Source of the DNA: Reclinomonas americana ATCC 50394
Taxonomy: Eukaryota
Assembly (NCBI GenBank): GCA_048213135.1
Contig: PS015383.1
Location: forward strand, 114,598 to 151,780
Length of the DNA: 37,183 nucleotides
Reading direction: 5' to 3'
This document shows, one piece after another, positions 29,560 to 37,183 of this stretch. The notes under the pieces are model-generated. The model was given only the letters and a program-made list of their open reading frames with translations, was not told the DNA's origin and did no database searches. Both the position numbers and the translations under genes were made by a program. How positions within the stretch are numbered: position 1 is the first letter of the stretch; each line of letters opens with the position of its first letter.

Positions 29560-30400
29560 TTCTTCATATGAGCATGACCGTGGAGCATCATCCATCATGT
29601 TGCTCTCCGTGAAAAGTGCCAGGGTCTGCTTTGTTATCATCGCATGTGCTCTTGTGCTGTTGGTTTCTCCCTATCACTGTAGCCCCTGTTGGCATGCACT
29701 TTGTTGCTCTGCTTCGATGTTGCCGAGGCAGCATTGCCTTCGCTCCTGCATTGTCTGCATTGCTTGTGCTGCTGCTTTTGTTCTCGTTACTCTCTGGTTG
29801 GCATGTACTGCACTGCTTCGTTACCGCGACGGGTGTTCCCCTTGTGCGGTGCCAGGTGCATTGTCTCCACTCCTGCTTTGTTTCTTTCACCGTTGCCTCG
29901 TATTCATGGATGTGGTCACATACTGCATCTCTTGCTCTTCTCGTGAACATCGAAGTTGCATTGTCGTTGTTACTTCAGCCTTGCTGAGTTCCTTGTGCTG
30001 CTCCTGCTTTGTTCCTTTCTCGTGTGCATTGTCTGTGTTGCGTGTACTCTCTCTCGCATTGATGCGTTTGTCTTTCTCTTGAACACCAATGCTGCATGTC
30101 GTCGTCGCTCCTGCATTGCTCCTTTCATTGTTGCCTGGTGTACTTCTCGTTTACGTTGTCTTCGTCTCGTCAGTCCTTGTACTGCTCTTTGTTCTTTTCG
30201 TGAACACCAAGGCTGCACTGTCGTTGTCACTTCAGCCGCCTTGCTGTCTTCCCAGTGCAGCTCCTGCTTTGTTGCTTCGTATGCTGCATCGTCGTCGTCA
30301 TCGCGTGCAAAACCTCTTGTTCCTTTCTTGAACACCCGTCATCGACGTCACGTCGGCATTACTTTCCGTGGATTTGTCTTGCTTCTCCCCCCCTTTCCCT
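29560..30400. repeat. Degenerate T/C-rich tandem repeat, unit about 110-150 bp
   Basis: CTCCTGC(T/A)TTG recurs near 29743, 29870, 30001, 30108 and 30261, and (T/G)TGAACA near 29941, 30078, 30198 and 30327. Segment 29941-30020 aligns closely with 30198-30280. Confidence 0.7.
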
Positions 30401-31441
30401 TNNNNNNNNNNNNNNNNNNNNNNNNNNNNNNNNNNNNNNNNNNNNNNNNNNNNNNNNNNNNNNNNNNNNNNNNNNNNNNNNNNNNNNNNNNNNNNNNNNN
30501 NNNNNNNNNNNNNNNNNNNNNNNNNNNNNNNNNNNNNNNNNNNNNNNNNNNNNNNNNNNNNNNNNNNNNNNNNNNNNNNNNNNNNNNNNNNNNNNNNNNN
30601 NNNNNNNNNNNNNNNNNNNNNNNNNNNNNNNNNNNNNNNNNNNNNNNNNNNNNNNNNNNNNNNNNNNNNNNNNNNNNNNNNNNNNNNNNNNNNNNNNNNN
30701 NNNNNNNNNNNNNNNNNNNNNNNNNNNNNNNNNNNNNNNNNNNNNNNNNNNNNNNNNNNNNNNNNNNNNNNNNNNNNNNNNNNNNNNNNNNNNNNNNNNN
30801 NNNNNNNNNNNNNNNNNNNNNNNNNNNNNNNNNNNNNNNNNNNNNNNNNNNNNNNNNNNNNNNNNNNNNNNNNNNNNNNNNNNNNNNNNNNNNNNNNNNN
30901 NNNNNNNNNNNNNNNNNNNNNNNNNNNNNNNNNNNNNNNNNNNNNNNNNNNNNNNNNNNNNNNNNNNNNNNNNNNNNNNNNNNNNNNNNNNNNNNNNNNN
31001 NNNNNNNNNNNNNNNNNNNNNNNNNNNNNNNNNNNNNNNNNNNNNNNNNNNNNNNNNNNNNNNNNNNNNNNNNNNNNNNNNNNNNNNNNNNNNNNNNNNN
31101 NNNNNNNNNNNNNNNNNNNNNNNNNNNNNNNNNNNNNNNNNNNNNNNNNNNNNNNNNNNNNNNNNNNNNNNNNNNNNNNNNNNNNNNNNNNNNNNNNNNN
31201 NNNNNNNNNNNNNNNNNNNNNNNNNNNNNNNNNNNNNNNNNNNNNNNNNNNNNNNNNNNNNNNNNNNNNNNNNNNNNNNNNNNNNNNNNNNNNNNNNCAC
31301 ATAACGAAATGCACATCACCAAGCGACGTCGCCTGATTACTAACGAATCATCGACCAATCAATTATTTCATAGTTGCGCCGCCCCTGCGCCAACACCACC
31401 TCTTCGTTATCCCTACCCCTGTCCCTTCTCCACCACCCACC

Positions 31442-33305
31442 ATGCCCTCTTCACCTTCACGGAAACCCATCAGCAGCAACAAGGCCACCGCCGGTAACCT
31501 TCCCGTCTCCTCCACAACAACAACAACAACAACGGTGGCGGCACCAACGGCGGAGATCACGGAGGTGGCCATGCTGGCGCCAGGCGGGCGGAAACCCAAG
31601 CAGCAGCGGCCCTCAGCCATGGTCACTGCTGCTGCTGCTGCTGCCACAACAACGACAACGACAACCACCACCACCACAACAACAGCAATGACGGCGGCGG
31701 CGGCTGGGAGTGGGGTCGACTTGGCCATGGTCACCCCCGTGTCCGCGTCCAAGTTGACCAAGGAGATGGCGGAGGCGCTCGGCAATGCCGGCTGCTGCAC
31801 CGCCCAGGATATGGTCGTTGGCACTGGTGAGGGGGAGAAAGAGAGAAAGAGAGAGTGCCCGAGCGCAACACAGAGATCTGTAGCATGTCTCGCCCACCCA
31901 ACTTTTTTGTTTTTCTTTGGTTTCCTCTCTCTCTCATTGTCGCCTGTGTCTCCCACGTGCGTGCGCCTTTCGTCTTCTCTCCTCAGCGCGCGCATGTTGT
32001 GATTTGTGTGTTCATCTCCGTGAGGGGTTTATTCTTGTGTTGTCGTCATCGTCTTGTCGACTTGGGAGGGTGACGAGTCGCGCCTGGCGTGTTGTTGTCA
32101 GTGCGCGCGCGCGCGTGTGTGTGTGTGTGTGTGTCTCTCGGTGAGCGAGCGAGAGAGACGCGTGGTGGCGCGCAAGTGTGTGTGTGTGTGTGGAGGCCAC
32201 TTGGCTGCATTTTGTTTGCTGTTTTCCCGCGTTTGGTGTGAAAGGCTGTTCCTTTTGCATCTTTGTGTGTGTCGGTGTGCTCCGCGTCTGCATGCATCCT
32301 TGCGCATGTGTGTATCTGTTGCTGGCGAGAGAGCGAGAGAGCGAGAGAGAGTTGATGTCATGACCGTTGGCATTCGAGAAGAACATCATGCCCTTAATTT
32401 GATTCCTCCGTGCCATGCAACTCACCAGCTGTTTGCTCTTCCCCTCCCTCTCCCTCTCCCCGTCCCCGTGCAGCCTACTTGTTGAGGAGGAATGGCGTCA
32501 AGTGCCACATTGTGCAGCCCATCAAGCGCACCTATGTCAGCCCGCGACACTTTTTGGTCGTCTACTCGCAGTCTGGCAAGACGTACCTGTTTGAGCCGGA
32601 CGTGAAGCAGGTGCGACGCGCTGCCTCTCCCCCCTCTTTTCATCAATGTCGAGAGTCTCACCCTGTGTGTGTGTGTGTGTGTCTGCAGTTCCTGCTGATT
32701 GCCCGACCGTCGGCCGACTATGCGCGCACTCTGGAGTGCCTGAGCGCGCACTTTATCGGCACCAAATCCGAGTTGCACAAGCTGTTGGATTTCATGTGCG
32801 GCGAGATGTTGAAGTCGTTTGTGGCCAATGGCATGCCGGTGCCTCCGTGGTGAGTTATTATTTTTTTGTGCATGCAGGATTCGTTGCATTCATAGAGAGC
32901 TCAAATTGTTTTTGGTGTTGTTGGTGCAGGCGCGAGGCCGGAGTACTGAAGAAGTGCTTTGAATTCGAGCTGGAGGACAACCAGGATCATCTCATTGGCG
33001 AGCTGGAGTCGTGTTTGGCCGGTGGCAAGGCGGCGCAGTCGCGCTCGCTGGTCCGTCAGTACGCGCCGCTGTGCGACGCTGTGCGACAAGTGATGGGTGG
33101 TCTGCCACCGACCATGGCCAGTGGCAGCAGTGCGACCAGCGGCAGCATGTCACACTCGGCCTCGGCCACCGACATGTCGCAGTTGGCGGTGTGGAATTGT
33201 GTACCGCCGAGCACACCGAGCAAGGCCTCGGCCACTGCCGTGCTCCTGCCTGAGTCGGACGATGCCGACTGGACCGCGCTGATGATGGACGACGTCAAGC
33301 GCTAA
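31442..33305 (+). CDS. DUF506 (PDDEXK_6-like) domain protein; 4 exons
   Basis: Exons 31442-31826, 32474-32610, 32689-32849 and 32930-33305 join in compatible phases. The product contains AYLLRRNGVKC...FEPDVKQFLLIARPSADYARTLECLSAHFIGTKSELHKLLDFMCGEMLKSFVANGMPVPPWRE, matching the DUF506 pattern IARP...Y...L..LP..FVG....L...V...C.....S....G...PPWR. Confidence 0.75.
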
Positions 33306-33763
33306 TTCTCTCTCCTCCTCTCTCCTCCTCTCTCTTCCTTTCTGTTGCTCGTGTTATTTGCTCCGTATGCTTGTTGATTTGCTGTCGATTTGTTGTTGTT
33401 TGTTTCTCTCTCTCTCTTATCTTCTAAACCAAAAAAGAGGAAAAAGCCGCACATCCCGCGCTCAGTGGATGTGTGTGTGTTTCGTGTCTCCATGTCTCTC
33501 TCTTCTCTCTCTCCTTCTGTCCCCTATTGGTGGTGGTGGTGGTGTCGCTGTCGTTTGTGGCCTTTTGCTTGATGGTGACCATGGTAGTGGTGGTGGCGGT
33601 GGCGCGCAATGGTGTTGTCGTCGTGGGGTGCTTCAATCCCCTCGCTCTAATCACAACAAAATAAAAAAATCAAATAACCAAAATTGCATCAGTGTCACGT
33701 CATCACATCATCTCCGCCCATTGTGCGCGCGCTCGTCGCTTCCGCGTGACCCAAACGAAAAAA

Positions 33764-35622
33764 ATGGACGACTGCTTCTTCGACTTTGAGAGCGGCCACG
33801 GCGCGCCGTACCTGTACGAGCCGTTCGGGCATCCTCCACCCCACGTGGACCCGGACGACATGTTGTTTGCACACTCGGCCGCCACCACCACCACCACCAC
33901 TCTCTTTGAGCCTCCGCCTCCACCGCCACCACCTCCACCACCTCCAGCAGCTACAGTGGCACACGTACAGCAGCAACAACTGCCAACACAGCAACGCATC
34001 TCTCCGTTCTCGTCGCCCGAGATGAGTGACGACACGTCGGTGGGCTCTCCACCGCGCTCTCCTCTCCCCTATCACCAGCAACACCAGCAACACCACCAGC
34101 ACCAGGCGTACGTTGTGCCTGCGCTGGTGGTGCCGCCGGCGAGTGGAGTGCCAGTGCACGCACCGCCTCCTCCGTCTGCGCACTTGCTGACGCATGAGCA
34201 CTCTTCGTCGCCTGTCACAGTCGCCAAGGTGCGCGTGAGTGGTGGGGAGAGAGAGTGTGTGTGTCTGTCTGTTATTCGCCGTGTATGGCATGTGCGTGAC
34301 GGGAGAGGTGGCGCAGCAGTTTGTGTGTCACACTCTTCTCTGACACTTGAATCAGCGCGTTTCACCACCTTCCTTTCCTTGCGCACGCACACACGCATGT
34401 ACACGCATTGTCAGAGCACTCGTGCTTCCCGTGTTTGGCGAGCAGTGAGGAGAAAGAGTGCTGTTTTTTTTTGTTGTTGACTCTTTTTGTATGTGTTCGT
34501 GGTGTGCTCCACACAGCCGAGCAAGAAGCGCAACAACAGCGGCAACAGTGGTAGTGCGGTCAAGGCGGCGCGCAAGAAGGAGCGCGAGGTCGAGGTGATT
34601 GTCAAGGAGGAGGACCTCGATGAGCCGGCACAGAAGCGCAGGTGCGGAAGCTGAGGAGTTTCTCCTTGTTCTTCTTCTTCTTCTTCTTCCTCCTCCTCCT
34701 CCTCCTCCGTCTCATGGTGTCGTGCCGTTGTCGGGAGCGTGTGGGAGCATTCTGTGTGCACTGATTTTTTCTCTTCCTCATGTTGCCTGGTCGATGTGAC
34801 ACGCGTCACTCGGTCGTCACGCGTGTCGCATTCTCCTTCTTGTTCGGTTATCTTCCCTTCCTGCCTCCCCTTCGCTGCCTCCATCTTGAGTGTGCCCCCC
34901 GCCACTCCTTTCCCCAAATGGGTGTGTGTGCGTTGCTGTGCTGTGCTGACTCTGTGGATTCTCTCGTCGGTTTGGGGGGTGTATTTCAGGAAACGTGCCC
35001 AGCTGGAGACGTACAAGCTGGATGAGGCGCGCGAGTTCCTCGCGCAGAAGCCGCCACCGTTCGCCTCCGAGGAGGACCAGAAGGAGTACAAGCGCAAGCG
35101 AAGGTCGGCCCGCACTTCCCTTCCCTTTTGTGCAAAAAATCCTCACCTTCTTTTTTGCCACACAGGATGATGAAGAACCGTCTGTCGGCGCACGAGTCGC
35201 GCGAGAAGAAGAACAGCTACCTGGGCGAGCTGGAGGCGCGCGTGGAGGAGCTGACTGAGCAGAATCAGCAACTGATTGAGCAGGTCAGCAGCCTGACTGC
35301 CGCCAATGCCGAGCTGCGCATGCAACTGATGGCCGCCAAGTCCGGCGATGTCGCCCTCGGCCACCCTCACCATCATCAGCCTCATCATCACGGCCTGTCG
35401 CCGGCCGGTGCCGTCGGTGTCGGCATGGCCAGTGCGCTGCTGGTGGTTCTTCTCGCCTGCGCGTTTGTTGTGCAAGTGCAGCAGCAACAGGGAGGCTTCG
35501 CGTCTGGCGCGGCCGGCCCCGCACTGCCCACCGACACTCCCCTGCCGATGCCTGTCGCGGAGATGAAGGCCGAGCAGAAGAAGCGCGAGAGCTCGTCGGC
35601 CGAGGAAGTCGCCTCCGCCACC
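33764..35622 (+). CDS. Membrane-tethered bZIP transcription factor (ATF6/CREB3/bZIP17-28-60 type), 3' end in the gap
   Basis: Exons 33764-34228, 34517-34641, 34990-35103 and 35166-gap. Basic region KRKRRMMKNRLSAHESREKKNSY, leucine zipper LGELEARVEELTEQNQQLIEQVSSLTAANAELRMQL, then a hydrophobic segment GMASALLVVLLACAFVVQV. Confidence 0.85.
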
Positions 35623-36517
35623 NNNNNNNNNNNNNNNNNNNNNNNNNNNNNNNNNNNNNNNNNNNNNNNNNNNNNNNNNNNNNNNNNNNNNNNNNNNNNN
35701 NNNNNNNNNNNNNNNNNNNNNNNNNNNNNNNNNNNNNNNNNNNNNNNNNNNNNNNNNNNNNNNNNNNNNNNNNNNNNNNNNNNNNNNNNNNNNNNNNNNN
35801 NNNNNNNNNNNNNNNNNNNNNNNNNNNNNNNNNNNNNNNNNNNNNNNNNNNNNNNNNNNNNNNNNNNNNNNNNNNNNNNNNNNNNNNNNNNNNNNNNNNN
35901 NNNNNNNNNNNNNNNNNNNNNNNNNNNNNNNNNNNNNNNNNNNNNNNNNNNNNNNNNNNNNNNNNNNNNNNNNNNNNNNNNNNNNNNNNNNNNNNNNNNN
36001 NNNNNNNNNNNNNNNNNNNNNNNNNNNNNNNNNNNNNNNNNNNNNNNNNNNNNNNNNNNNNNNNNNNNNNNNNNNNNNNNNNNNNNNNNNNNNNNNNNNN
36101 NNNNNNNNNNNNNNNNNNNNNNNNNNNNNNNNNNNNNNNNNNNNNNNNNNNNNNNNNNNNNNNNNNNNNNNNNNNNNNNNNNNNNNNNNNNNNNNNNNNN
36201 NNNNNNNNNNNNNNNNNNNNNNNNNNNNNNNNNNNNNNNNNNNNNNNNNNNNNNNNNNNNNNNNNNNNNNNNNNNNNNNNNNNNNNNNNNNNNNNNNNNN
36301 NNNNNNNNNNNNNNNNNNNNNNNNNNNNNNNNNNNNNNNNNNNNNNNNNNNNNNNNNNNNNNNNNNNNNNNNNNNNNNNNNNNNNNNNNNNNNNNNNNNN
36401 NNNNNNNNNNNNNNNNNNNNNNNNNNNNNNNNNNNNNNNNNNNNNNNNNNNNNNNNNNNNNNNNNNNNNNNNNNNNNNNNNNNNNNNNNNNNNNNNNNNN
36501 NNNNNNNNNNNNNNNNN

Positions 36518-37183
36518 CGACACGGTGAACTTGACCTCCAGGAACTGCGCCGACGGCGGTCCCAGCAGTGTCTCCGGGTCCACAGACAGCTGGCGATCGG
36601 GGGCCAGCGTCTTCAGCGCCTCGTCGACCAGTGTGGCCGGCACAAGGATCGACAGTGTGAGTGGCTGCAAGAGAGACCAAGCATGAGAATGAGTGATCAC
36701 CAAAGAAACCACAAGCTGTGCTCTCTCTCCTTTTCTCCTCTCGATTCCCCACTCACCCCACTCGTGTCAATGTCTGCGTGCATCGACGACGCCGTCTTCT
36801 GCTCCGGCATCAGCGGGTACGCCATCGGGCACCACAGATACAAGTGTGACAGCGCGTTGGGCTGGTGCTGCGACGCCGACGGCGACGACGACGACGACGA
36901 CGACATGGTGGGCGCCGGCAGCGCGGCGCTGCCTGAGCCATTGGAGCAGGCGGTGGCGCGCGGAGTGGCTGACCACTTCATCTCGCCGCCGGTGAAGTTG
37001 CCGGTGAAGGCCGCCAGAATGTCCTTGGGAATGTTGTACTGCTGCTGCAGCACCGCGGCCGTGATTTCAGGCACACCGGGCTTGAGCAGCGGCAGTTTGA
37101 GCAGCTGCTTGAAGGCGCGGGTGACAATGGCCGCCACCGAATCGGCAGTCATGTTGGCGTCCTCGAGATCCTCATTGATCTCC
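36518..37183 (-). CDS. Partial CDS resembling the luminal C-terminus of ATF6-type bZIP factors
   Basis: Open frame from the window end to 36757, GT-AG intron 36756-36665 (GTGAGT...TTGCAG), then PLTLSILVPATLVDEAL...AQFLEVKFTVS running into the gap; high GC3. The coding status is well supported; the family assignment is tentative. Confidence 0.6.

Noticed and set aside
31613-31995. Minus-strand ORFs (IAERLRHLLG; poly-V) as the eIF4E C-terminus or a separate gene; also a Rad51-paralog-like HhH in LTKEMAEALGNAG
   Set aside because: They are shadow frames of the + strand exon, which splices in phase to the DUF506 exons. No RecA core follows.

Overview
Gene-dense, GC-rich eukaryotic scaffold with five N-gaps, probably from a flagellated protist (it carries PDE6D and an LRRIQ3-like gene). 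Introns are short GT-AG introns of mostly 55-110 bp, and the genetic code is standard. Splicing by hand gives about 15 genes: PDE6D, a small multi-pass membrane protein, an LRRIQ3-like LRR/IQ protein, three hypothetical proteins (one starting MGCGAS), MCM4, cofactor-dependent phosphoglycerate mutase, a secreted LACTBL1-like serine beta-lactamase-family hydrolase, CDC45, a tail-anchored coiled-coil protein, a partial eIF4E, a DUF506 protein, a membrane-tethered bZIP, and an opposite-strand fragment resembling an ATF6-type luminal C-terminus. The most striking signal is in the splicing grammar. About 16 introns use a donor whose consensus is shifted by one base (GTTGCG, GTTGCA or GTTTCG instead of GTGCG or GTTCG), almost always after a non-G exon end, and this includes all three internal microexons. 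That resembles the rare shifted-register U1 5' splice sites described in mammals, but here it is a major intron class. Other points: a DUF506 gene in a probable non-plant, MCM4 close to CDC45, five head-to-head gene pairs, a possible IRE1-type 26-nt intron, and clear 454-type assembly artefacts. All homology calls come from remembered motifs, not database searches.
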